From the NCBI RefSeq assembly GCF_006345805.1, contig NW_021836434.1, positions 1 to 24,353 of the forward strand: DNA of 24,353 bases, in the 5' to 3' direction. Shown one piece after another: positions 10,201 to 21,879 of the stretch. This stretch comes from Octopus sinensis (taxonomy: Eukaryota). Position 1 is the stretch's first letter. Every line of letters begins with the position of its first letter. The notes below the pieces were generated by a model. The model was not told where the DNA came from, searched no databases, and was given only the letters and a program-made list of their open reading frames with translations. The position numbers were made by a program, and so were the translations under genes.

Positions 10201-12009
10201 GATGTGTATAAGCATTCTATGTAGGCACGTATGATTATAGAATGTAAATGATATATGGAGCTACGTCTTTACTGAATTTTTCCGCAATAAATCAAGCGTT
10301 TGGAGTATTTACTTGGCGCCATTTTTAATCCTCTGTCTTCAGTTGAAAGTAACAAATATCTCTTTAATACTGTGATGGGAAAACGAAGTCGGAAGGAAAC
10401 AATAATGCCGGATGGAGATCTTTCAATTTTGACTTATTTCTAATCTCAGGAATAGATAGATAGCTTCGTTGACAAACAGTCCATGTGAAACTAGATTAGT
10501 CACTAGGCAGTTCAGCATTGAGCTGAACTTTTCTGCTTGGTGTGTGTTAGGTTCAATAAGCTTTATATTACTGTCTGTGCTAGTGTTGTTGTTGCTGTTG
10601 TTTTTGTTGTTATTATTATTGTTGTTGGTGGCGGCGGCGTTAGCTTTTGTCAGGTTTGCTGTTAAACATATGAGAATCGACGTTGTTTGAAAACCTATGA
10701 ATTTGTTATGCACAATATTCATATTTATTTTTACCCTTTTAGTTCCGCTAGTGACTGAATTAAATTTCGAGGTCAGGTTGCTAATGTCTCCTATAATCTC
10801 TTTTATTTTAACCAATATGAATGTTGGTTTGTTGGTTGATTTTCTCATCACAAATTACATTGAGAGAAGGTGATAGAGATAAAAAAAGGAAGATAAAGAA
10901 AGCGTTAATATAAGAGATACAGGATAAGTGCACATACTAAGCTTGGTGGCATGCAATGGGTATATAAATGCCACATAGACACAGCGAAAAAGAAAGAATC
11001 AGAGAGACATGAGGGAAGAAGTTATGGGAAGAGCTATGCAAAAGAAAAAGTTTTCTTTCAAAAGTTTGCATTAATTTCATCCCTTTGTAAAAGCACCAAG
11101 AAATTTGATAAAAGTTAGTTTTGCCTATGATAGCAAAACTGTACTTCTAAACTTACCCGTTATATGACAGATAACACTCTTGTTTTTAATAATCTATGAA
11201 ATTAAAAAAATAAATTTAATGTACAAATTAAAGAGCATAAGAATTTTCGGCTCAATTATTTGGCTAGGATCATAATTTTGCATAATGCCTTTTAATCTTG
11301 AAGATGCAAAATGGTTAACATGGCGTTAAATTTTGTTGTGTATCGCCATGAATCTACCATTTACATGCTTGATTTCAACGAATTTAACGTATTTGTGCAC
11401 TCAATGAGCAATATGTACACAAGCACATGTTGAGTACAACTGAAAGGAATCACCATAAATTGCATCGTCAACTGTGTTACGATATTTATCTCATTCATCT
11501 AATGTGCTTAGCTAATATTTTCCGATGTCGATTAAAATATTGATCCATCAGACATCGATAATTCATAAGAAAATCGAAACAATACAAAACAAAAGAACGT
11601 TAATGGGAGATGTTCTATCTGCGATATTCTTTTTTCTTAAAGGGCCTTCAACTAAGGCAAAAAGCAAATAATTATTTAAATTAAGGCGTTTCAGGCTATG
11701 CTTCAACTAGAACGGGTCGGATTTGCTTTCCAAACATTTCCAGAGAAGATATGATCGCAAAAATAAAAAATTTTGATAGACAAAATATTATAGCGTCAGT
11801 GTTAACATTAATAATTGAACGACTGAGATATATTGTGACACTGGGATGACATGGTAGAAAACTAGAGAGTTAACCGTCATATTACAAGTAACTTTAGAAG
11901 TATACTTTTGCTCGTGGTCGTCATGTATCGTACGCTTTCACAGTGCGTTGGTAACACTACAGCAAAAGTATTTCCGATTAAGAGCGAGTTCTATCGGATG
12001 AAGGCAGAG

Positions 12010-12170
12010 CGTTACTTCGTTCTGATTTTTTCATAGTGCTTTCTTGGCAGAAATATAGCGAATGGTTTGCTATTACCTTTCCCAACTGGATGGCCATAGA
12101 CCCATAAGGGGCTCATTCGGCCTTCGACAACTCTTGTTTTAATCCTGCTGGGTGTTCCGACTTCCTGTTC
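12010..12170 (-). mobile_element. Possible RTE-type LINE/SINE 3' fragment
   Basis: Minus-strand 'gggaaaggtaatagcaaaccattcgctatatttctgccaagaaagcactatg' resembles the RTE/BovB-type 3' motif (ggaaatggcaacccactccagtattcttgcc) as recalled; not searched. Confidence 0.3.
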
Positions 12171-12203
12171 ATAGGAGTAGCAATCATATATATACATACC
12201 TAC

Positions 12204-12249
<46 letters not shown>

Positions 12250-12451
12250 TAATTATTTGCTAAAAAAGTCTGAAACCATGGCCCAGGAAATAGATGGTAA
12301 ATGTTTTCATTTTTCATTCCCTTCGAGATTTTATCCCTAATTAGTGGTTTGGATTTTAGCTGTTCCTTCTAGCGTTAGGGAGTCCTATGATGGATACCTC
12401 TTAATGTGTTTATAATACACTGTATTATACATACATACATACATACATACA

Positions 12452-12487
<36 letters not shown>

Positions 12488-12489
12488 TA

Positions 12490-13002
<513 letters not shown>

Positions 13003-13005
13003 GCT

Positions 13006-13224
13006 TACGAGGGCTTGCTAAAAATTTCCTCGTTTTGGGCAAAAGAAAATACAGGAGGATCAGTTAATTATGATTTTATTCAAAATATCTCCCTTTCAGA
13101 TTCATACTTGTCGGAGCGGTCCTTCAGTTTTTCTATACTCTGAAAAAGAACTCAGAAACTTGGGCCTCCTACCAGTCCTTTCATGATACCCTTAAAGCCG
13201 GGAACGCTTCAGCACCCCTTCGTA
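13006..13224. mobile_element. Tc1/mariner-type MITE
   Basis: TA at both ends (13006-07, 13223-24). Diverged TIRs 'cgagggcttgctaaaaatttcctcgtttt' and reverse complement 'cgaaggggtgctgaagcgttcccggcttt' follow the mariner-like TACGAGGG terminus. No ORF. Confidence 0.7.
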
Positions 13225-13545
13225 TATACACCCTCTCATCCCCTTTCACTCTCGCTGGTGTACGCATGTGGTTATGTAGCATTGATTTATTAATTGCCAC
13301 TGAAATTAATATGTGCACTCACCATCCACCTCTTATGTTAACTCTCTCTCTCTCCATCCCTTAATACTTCTCTCTATATGACATAAAGCATGACTGGAGA
13401 AATAACCAACCAACCAACCAAACAACATTCATATCAGCTATTATTATGTAGGGGTTAAATAAAGAAAACATCATTATATTGAGATTATTGTTGTTGTTGT
13501 TATCATCATCATCATCATCATCATCATCATTATTATTATTACATA

Positions 13546-13583
13546 AGCGCAGGAGTGGCTGTGTGGTAAGTAGCTTCTTACCA
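13546..13583 (+). mobile_element. Family D SINE, 5' piece (A box), interrupted by an insertion
   Basis: 'agcgcaggagtggctgtgtggtaagtagcttcttacca' matches the heads at 7358 and 17401. The SINE resumes at 15719. Confidence 0.9.
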
Positions 13584-13880
13584 GACAGACGTGTTTTTTT
13601 GCTCCGGCAAATGTCACGTGTTAACGTGAAATATTGAACATTTTACGGCAACAGGTAGGACATTTTGGATATTTTTGGAAGCATAGTGAGGTTTATTGCT
13701 TGCCGTTAATACTTTTTTGGCATTAATATTAATTAGTGTTAACACTTTTCTGCGAGTAATAAGCTTCACTTTGCTTCGTATGTATTTGTTCTGCCTGTTG
13801 GCGTATTTATTGTCTCACCTTTTAGTGAGAATTGTGTATTTTAAGGAGGCATAGCCCCCTCCTCAAAAATTAATTTGTTC

Positions 13881-14028
13881 GCTTGGATTTACCACGGAGA
13901 ACCAATTGTGCTTGGATTTACCACGGAGAACCAATTGTGCTTGGATTTACCACGGAGAACCAAGTGTGCTTGGATTTACCACGGAGAACCAATTGTGCTT
14001 GGATTTACCACGGAGAACCAAGTGTGCT
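13881..14028 (+). repeat. Tandem array of five 29-bp monomers (GCTTGGATTTACCACGGAGAACCAAKTGT)
   Basis: Units start at 13881, 13910, 13939, 13968 and 13997. The single variable site reads T,T,G,T,G. Confidence 0.97.
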
Positions 14029-14192
14029 GCAACTGGAGTACCCTGTTTCGTGAGGATTACCAGTTGCAGAACTGTGTTGCCATTATTTGAACTGTCTTCC
14101 TTCGTCCTTTTCTCTGCTCTGTCTTTCTGTTCTGTCATTGTGTTTTTTTCTTATTGGACTTTGAACTCTTAGTTGAACTTTTTTTCAAAATC

Positions 14193-15399
14193 ATGGCAAC
14201 AAAAGAAACCACTGCTTTGGAATGGGAGGTTGTCCCACCCAAGCAGTGGATTGAAAATCTTGAGAAGAGGACGGTGGTCCTACGAACCTATTCTAGGTCG
14301 CGTGGAGCTATCGCCCTCTTCGACAGGAGCACCATAGAGAAAGAGTTGGGGGACCACCTACCAACGATAAAGTTTATTTCTCGGGGGACTAAATTTGCAA
14401 CGGTGTGGTTGCTGTTTGGTACCCCCGAGGAAGCTAGCAGATTTGCTAGCGAGCCACTGGAGGGAGAGGAAATTTTGTTCCTCCCCTCGTATTGTGGCAG
14501 AAAAGTAAAAAGAGCCTGGGTTTGTGGGCTGCCCCCGGGCACGGAGGCGGAATGGATCGAGAAGACCATCCGGCGAGGCCTGGGGGATAGCGGACCCAGG
14601 CTACTGAGTGTGAAAAGGCTCCCGCGGTCGTCGCCTGGGAGGCTCAAAGGCAACTTTGACCCTGTGGACACCGTGGCCGTGGGAGAAATGAAATTCCCGG
14701 ACTTCCTGAGAATGGCTGGGCACGGTACAGCCCCCGTGATACTCGAGGGACGCCCCCCCCAAGTGTCACCTGTGCCTGAAGCCCGGACATATCAAGAGGA
14801 ATTGTCCCGGGGGCCGTGGTGGTGCCCCGGAGCATGAAGGGGAAAAGGCGCCCGCCGCCCCCTCATTGGAGGGGGAGACGGTGGAAGTCGTGGAGGAGGT
14901 TGCCTCCACGAAAAGAAAGAGACAGGCGAGCAACAATGGTTGCTCGCCAAAGAACGCTCAGGTGGCGGAGGGGGATAGCGATCCCCCGTGTCTGGTGACG
15001 GAGTCCCCTGGGTCAGCAGTCTCCCCCAAAAGAAGGAGGAGAAAAAGAAAGAGAGGTCGGGCGGCTGATATCCATGAGCCGCAGACGTTGGCGGGAACTG
15101 TGCCGCCAACGAAAGAACTGAACGTATTGGTCCTCTTCTATAGAGGAGGAGAAATTGAAAAAAAAATGATGGAAGAGTACCACAAGGGAGCACCTTTAGC
15201 CTTCACACAGGACCCCGAATGGCCTCCGCAGATAGCTGTGGAGGCCGTGGCGTTCGACGTGACGCTTGGGCTAAAGGAGCTCAATGAAGATTATAGCTTG
15301 GTCCCGGGCGACGCGAACTCGGAACTTGATTACGTTCTGAGGGAGGCGTGTATGATGGTGGGGGGCGCGGGCACAAGCTATTTCGAGGACGATATGTAA
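14193..15399 (+). CDS. ORF1/gag-like nucleic-acid-binding protein with CCHC zinc knuckle (401 aa if the +1 frameshift in the C8 run at 14753-14760 is corrected)
   Basis: ATG in context aaaatcATGG at 14193. The frame is open to ...VILEGRPP; removing one C gives KCHLCLKPGHIKRNC (CX2CX4HX4C, 14764-14805) in frame with the 14866-15399 ORF. Basic patch PKRRRRKRKRGR at 15025-15060; TAA at 15397-15399. An RRM-like N-terminal half is inferred from similarity to the Tx1/L1-type ORF1p layout. Confidence 0.75.
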
Positions 15400-15414
15400 T
15401 TATTGAACTGTTAG

Positions 15415-15547
15415 TATTAATAATGGACTGCTAAGTCCAAAAATTGAAAAATTGAAAGAGGTTTAATACCTCGTTTTGCATTTTTATTAATTATGGACTG
15501 CTAAGTCCAAAAATTGGAAAAATTGTAAGAGGTTTAATACCTCGTTT
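15415..15547 (+). repeat. Direct duplication (about 62 bp, 70-bp period) of a two-hairpin module in the element's 3' UTR
   Basis: Both copies carry TGGACT-gcta-AGTCCA and GAGGT-ttaat-ACCTC. Confidence 0.9.
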
Positions 15548-15718
15548 GGTGTTTATCTTTAAAAAGAACAATGTTTTAGAGAAGCGAAAGTCGGCGGGCG
15601 CTTTTTGTCTTCTCCCATCCTTATCATCTGTCTTTCATTATCATTCACTTCATTAATGTCCTCGTCCAGCCCGCTAACTTAATCTGTGTACTGCCTTTAT
15701 GGCAAATATTTTGAAATA

Positions 15719-16125
15719 AAGTAGCTTGCTTACCAACCACATGGTTCTGGGTTCAGTCCCACTGCGTGGCACCTTGGGTAAGTGTTTTCTACTATAGTCT
15801 CGGGCCTACCACAGACCTGTGAGTGGATTTGGTAGACGGGAACTGAAAGAAGCCCGTCGTATATATAAATATATATGTGTGTGTGCGAGTGTGTGTGTGT
15901 ATGTGTGTGTGTATGTTTGTGTGTCTGTGTTTGTTCCCCCATCATCGCTTGACGACCTATACTGGTGTGTTTACGTTCTCGTAACTTAGCGGTTCAGCCT
16001 GAGAGACCAATGGAATAAGTACCAAGCTTATAAAGAATGAGTCCTGGGGACGATTTGTTCGAGTAAAGGTAGTGATCCAGCATGGCCGCAGTGAAATTAT
16101 TGAAACAAATAAAAGTGTAAAAGAG
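15719..16125 (+). mobile_element. Family D SINE, 3' piece (B box, core, internal microsatellite, tail)
   Basis: B box GGTTCAGTCCC at 15750-15760; colinear with 7385-7773 and 17423-17818. Confidence 0.9.
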
Positions 16126-16131
16126 AGAGTA

Positions 16132-16159
16132 TGTTGTTGTTGTTGTGTTGTTGTTGTTG

Positions 16160-16217
<58 letters not shown>

Positions 16218-16429
16218 ATTATTATTATTATTATTATATTTTAAAAAAGGATTGACGTCACTCTTCACAAAGGTAAACAGTCAAGACGAAGAGTTCGATT
16301 CGATTGTAAGATATTTTATTTAACTTTGTCAAGTTCAGAATAAGAAGTATGTATCTATATATATGTATATATATTTATTTATATACAAATATATAGATAC
16401 ATACTTCGAATCGCGTTCTTCGACTTGAC

Positions 16430-16493
<64 letters not shown>

Positions 16494-16498
16494 ATTAA

Positions 16499-16545
<47 letters not shown>

Positions 16546-16570
16546 TATTATGACTATTATTATTATTATA
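16132..16570. repeat. (GTT)n and (ATT)n microsatellites around a short unique island
   Basis: GTT run 16132-16217; ATT runs 16217-16238 and 16430-16570. Confidence 0.9.
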
Positions 16571-17400
16571 ATATAACCACCACCAACCACTATCATCATC
16601 GTTATTAGCATATTGAGACTGAAAGGACATCCCCGCTGACGGGCCTCACGTAATTAACGATTACAGCACTAACACAAACACACTCACATTGACAATATAA
16701 ACCACAGACAACGTAAACCACAGGAATATGTTTCAATGAATGCAGTATTTAGGTAGTTACAAGTGGGAGAACTACAAAGAATATACATAAATGTGACGAG
16801 TGTTCCGTCTTTTTCACCAGTTAGTCATTGACTGTAAATGAGTGACCGTCGTCATGCTCTTTGACTAAGTTCTTGATAAACTGTATGTGCTACAGTCTCC
16901 TCTATTGCTTATATTCATTGCCTTTTTCTCGTCGGGCTTTTCTTCTTTCTCCTCCCTACCCTCTTCTTCTTCATCTTCTTCTCTGTCACATCGTCGCCGT
17001 CGTTATCATCCTCGTCGTTGTCGTCGTCGTCGTCCTCCTCCTCTTCCTCCTCCTCCACCCTCTTCTATGAAAAAAACCCCGACTGTAGCCATCTCTGGAG
17101 AGGAGCTTAAAGATGCCCAAGACACGCAACATATCACGATGGTGCCAACTTATATATCAGGCTGAAACGTGGACCGTAGGGTTCCTATTACCCTCTCTCA
17201 CTATTTCTTCTCGCATCCTAAAAGAGGAAGATTAGCATAGAAGGAGTTGGAAGGAAGGAATCACAATTTTAAACTAATAACATTAAGTTTAAGAATTTGT
17301 CGCCTGGTATTGTAAAGAGCGGGATGAAGGTACAAAAAATATAAATATAGATAAAGACAAAAGTTTAAAAATATGGAAAAGTTAGCATAATCAATGATAG

Positions 17401-17818
17401 TCGTAGGAGTGGCTGTGCGGTAAGTAGCTTGCTTACCAACCACATGGTTTCGGCTTCAGTCCCACTGCGTGGAACCTTCGGCAAGTGTCTTCTACTATAG
17501 CTTCGGGCCGACCAAAGCCCTGTGAGTGGATTTGGTAGAAGGAAACTGAAAGAAGACCGTCGCATATATGTATATATGTGTGTGTGTGTGTGTGTATATG
17601 TTTGTGTGTCTGTGTTTGTCCCCCTAACATCACTTGACAACCGATGCTAGTATGTTTACGTCCCGTAACTTAGCGGTTCGGCAAAAGAGACCGATAGAAT
17701 AAGTACTAGGCTTACAAAGAATAAGTCAGGTGGTCGATTTGCTCGACTAAAGGCGGTGCTCCAGCATGGCCACAGTCAAATGACTGAAACAAATAAAAGA
17801 GTAAAAGAGTAAAAGAGT
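17401..17818 (+). mobile_element. tRNA-derived SINE, family D, near full length
   Basis: Head 'gtaggagtggctgtgcggtaagtagcttgcttacc', internal (TA/TG)n, 3' half ending in an (AAAAGAGT)n tail. Confidence 0.9.
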
Positions 17819-17927
17819 CTAAAGTATTCACAAAGAACGAGAAATTAACATAAGTAATTTACATAGAATCAAAGAAAAATCTAGTACTAATGAAAATTTA
17901 AACAAAAAGACTTACTGGCGAATAGCA

Positions 17928-17942
17928 ATAATAATAATAATG

Positions 17943-18009
<67 letters not shown>

Positions 18010-18012
18010 TAA
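17928..18012. repeat. (AAT)n microsatellite
   Basis: Visible run. Confidence 0.95.
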
Positions 18013-18449
18013 TAACAACAACTTTGAAAGTGAGAATGTAAGAATGAAATGGACCCCCACCCTAGGAAACAATACAAAAAACCCGAAGAAAATGAGGAAA
18101 ATTTCAGAGTCAATGAATAAAATGGAAGAAAAAAGTTTATTGAAAACTTTTTAGAATCTTTAATTACTGACATTTGAAGATAATATCTAAAATTCTCGAA
18201 ACATCTTTTACATCTGTTGAAATTATGCGTAAAATTCAGCAAAATCTTTCGCACAGACATATACACAGAGAGAGGCTCAGGCATACACACAACCACGCCA
18301 CCCATACGCACACACATGAACATACGTGTTTTTTTAAAAAATTTATGTTTTTTTCAGTTTTACATGAGTCAAGTAGCTTTCGATAGGGTAGCAAAACTTA
18401 CCGTTCACAACCAGATGTTTCTTTTGTTTGCTCACCGTTAATTAACATA

Positions 18450-19075
18450 TGCATGTGCCTTACATTAAGTATGTATGTATGTATGTATGTATGTATGTAT
18501 GTATGTATGTAGGTATGTATGTATATATGTGTGTGCATGTATGCACATATATATGTATACATATATCGTATATATGCATATATGCATTATATATATGCAT
18601 ATCTATACGATATATATATATGAATGTTATGTATATATACACATATTGATATATATACACATGCGTCTCAATATGTATATGTTGCCAAATGCAAATACAT
18701 ACCCATTTATCGCCTATATGTATGCATCTGTACACACACACACACATGCACATACATATATGTAAATACAAACATGTATTTATGTACGTAGGTAAATATA
18801 AATATATATACATAAATATAGATACATATATATATATATATACATATATATACTCATATATATATATATATATATATATATGCACGTAGTCATACACACA
18901 CACACTTATACTACTTTTAAATGTCTGCGTGTTATAAAGTGATATCACATACAGCCAAGAACACATAACTCCACACACACTCAAACACTCACACACACAC
19001 ACTCACAAACACACACACACACACACACTCAGACACACACACACGCACGCACACACACACAGTCACACACACAAG
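18450..19075. repeat. Compound (GTAT)/(TA)/(CA) microsatellite
   Basis: Visible low-complexity tracts. Confidence 0.9.
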
Positions 19076-19269
19076 CACTGGCTCAAATACTTACACGCGA
19101 ATTATTTCAAAGACATACAGGTATAACAAAAGATACTTACAAACTTTTAAGCAGAAAAATACATGTTGATAGTTCGCTACTCACATGCTTGTATAAAATC
19201 ATGCAGTTATACATAAAGTCCATACACACACAGGCTTATGTTTATTTATATATATATATATATATATAT

Positions 19270-19640
19270 GTAGGTCCCGGGTTGATTCGGGGTTAACCAC
19301 AGTAAATAAGGTACTCAATACATAGCAGAGTAAAATTAATTTATTATATAGAAGGAGCTTCTACAGGACTAGAACTGTTTCATTCAAGAGAAATCTTCAG
19401 GAAGCTAGTTAACAAGAATTGTATTGGCATTTATACATTTAGGCAGGTTTAAAGGGGTGTTGGTGGGGGACTTTTTGGGGGTAGGCATAGCGCAAAATAT
19501 CATACTTGGGGGAGTGGTCAAGGAGTCAGTATTAAATTAGATAGAAGAATAAATAAAAAAATAAAAAAATAAAAAAATAAAAAAAATCTATATATAAAAA
19601 AAGGGGAATAGAGTTTTAGGTATATAAGGAGATTCACTTT
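19270..19640 (-). mobile_element. Penelope-like element 3' pseudo-LTR
   Basis: 19337-19575 is an inverted copy of about 22856-23091 with about six small differences. It contains a hammerhead fold, AATAAA and a ~70-nt extension, and abuts (TA)n. Confidence 0.75.
19356..19406 (-). ncRNA. Type I hammerhead ribozyme (PLE-associated)
   Basis: On the minus strand: AGCUUC-CUGAAGA-UUUCUCUUGAAU-GAAA-CAG-UUCUAGUC-CUG-UA-GAAGCU. Stem I is 6 bp, stem III is ACAG/CUGU, and the GUA cleavage site lies between 19362 and 19361. Stem II is UUC/GAA with a U.U at 10.1:11.1. Confidence 0.75.
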
Positions 19641-20818
19641 ATACCTATGCACACATGTATACATACTACACCACACATACAAACATATATACATATACAT
19701 ACACACATAACATACACACACATATATATACATATATATACACTTACACATACACATACATATACATAACTACACATACACATATATGTATATACAACAC
19801 ACTCCATGCATACACGTAGACACACACATGATATATCACACACGACCACACATACATATACGCACATAAAATATATATACACATACACACACATACTCAC
19901 ATACACGCATACACACACATATCCACACACACACATACTACATATACATACATGTATATATATATATTATATATATATATATATACATATGTGTACCTAG
20001 CATACCTACACATACACACATATATACACATACAAATACAGACCCATTCCCTAATTTTAATTTTATTATCTTCGTTTATTACTTTTGTTATCTTTGGCCG
20101 CTTGGTCACAAACATCTTGGCTATGACAGCCAGTCCATTTATCTGTCTACTGGAAAACAAGCACTCATTCACTCACGCACACTCTTTAGCACGTACACTC
20201 ACTCATTCGTACACTCATACACATACACGCACGCACGCGTTATATTCATACATACATACATCTACATACATTCACGTATATACACATACGTACGCGTACC
20301 TACGATTCATGTCTACACTCTTAGAAGGCTAGTCTATATATATATACACCAGTAAATATAAATACACACACATACATAGACCCTACATACAAATACATAC
20401 AATGTATATATATATATATATATATATATTCACATATATATACACATATATATATATATATATACACCCATACGCTACACACACATATACATATATACAC
20501 TACACATGTACATGCGTACCCATACACACACACACATCACCGCGCGCGCATCCATATACACATAAGTACACACATGCGTAAAAGTATCTATATCTATGCT
20601 TACACATACACACCACACACACGCGCCTCCTTATATTCATACTTACATGCATACTCAAAAATAAGTAAATAGTAAAATATATACGCGCATTTTATTCGTA
20701 CAGGCATACTCAAAAATAATAATAAATATTAAGTATATGTACGTGCAGTTACCTCTATATAGACGGATACATACATATAAACTTACACAAATATTATATA
20801 TTATATATATATATAATA

Positions 20819-20855
<37 letters not shown>

Positions 20856-21789
20856 ATATATCATACATATATACACATACACATACACATACATATATAC
20901 ATACATATATATATACACACACACCACATACACATACATATATACATTATATACATACTTACACACATGTACATATAAATACACACATAGATAACTCTAC
21001 GTACCTACATATACATAACACACGAGCGTACGCGCATATGTACATATACACATACACATACACACGCATATATATACATACATACATACACATACACACA
21101 TGTATACTCACACACACATATACACATATATATACATACACATATACATACATATATATATATATATACATATATATATACACATATACATATACATATA
21201 CACATACACACACATATATACATGTGTGCAAACATACATACATTCTCATACAAGCACACACACTTACATTTACATATATACACACACTTACACACATATA
21301 TACATACACATATACATACATACATACATACATACATACGTATATGCATACATACACACACACACATACATATGTATATATATACATACATACACATACA
21401 CATACACATACATATATATACACACATATATACATATACACATGCACATACTTATATCTCTACATACTCGCATATACATATATATATGTATATATATATA
21501 TATATATACATATACACACACATACATATACCTATATACATGTATATATACACATACATATATATACACATCTACAATTTGTATCTACACTCACATACCT
21601 GCACATACACATAAACTCTACATACCTACATATACATCGACATACTCGCGTACACTCATATATATACACATATATACATATACACACACACATACATATA
21701 CATATACATATAAAACATATATATAAACATACACATACATAATAAACATATACACACACATACATATATGCATATATATATATATATAT

Positions 21790-21879
<90 letters not shown>

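Larger units (their letters stand above)
13584..15718 (+). mobile_element. ORF1-only (HAL1-like) non-autonomous non-LTR retroelement
   Basis: TSD AAGTAGCTT(G)CTTACCA at 13568-13583 and 15719-15735. About 610-nt 5' UTR with tandem monomers, a single gag/ORF1-like ORF and about 320 nt of 3' UTR ending in AATAAA (15715-15720). No RT, endonuclease, LTR or TIR is visible. Confidence 0.75.

Noticed and set aside
10423-10851. 142-aa minus-strand ORF with poly-Asn
   Set aside because: It starts at GTG, its centre is an (AAC/AAT)n microsatellite, and it has no recognisable domain or clear splice boundaries.
13881-14028. CRISPR array
   Set aside because: The 29-bp units are directly adjacent with no spacers, there are no cas genes, and the context is eukaryotic.
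14288-15193. Antisense ORFs (14288-14671, 14644-14835, 14792-15193) and the alternate-frame ORF 14816-14998
   Set aside because: These are shadow ORFs expected in GC-rich coding DNA, with non-ATG starts or no recognisable motifs.
16253-16279. Perfect CRE (TGACGTCA) plus forkhead site (GTAAACA)
   Set aside because: Two short motifs in a ~100-bp island between microsatellites, with no other support for a regulatory element.
16786-16842. C2H2 zinc-finger-like HKCDECSVFFTS*SLTVN
   Set aside because: In-frame stop, wrong F-to-L spacing, no histidines and no TGEKP linker or neighbouring fingers.
16887-17165. 92-aa ORF with Ser/Arg/Pro runs
   Set aside because: Mostly (TCT)/(CGT)/(CCT) low-complexity repeats, with a TTG start and no recognisable domain.
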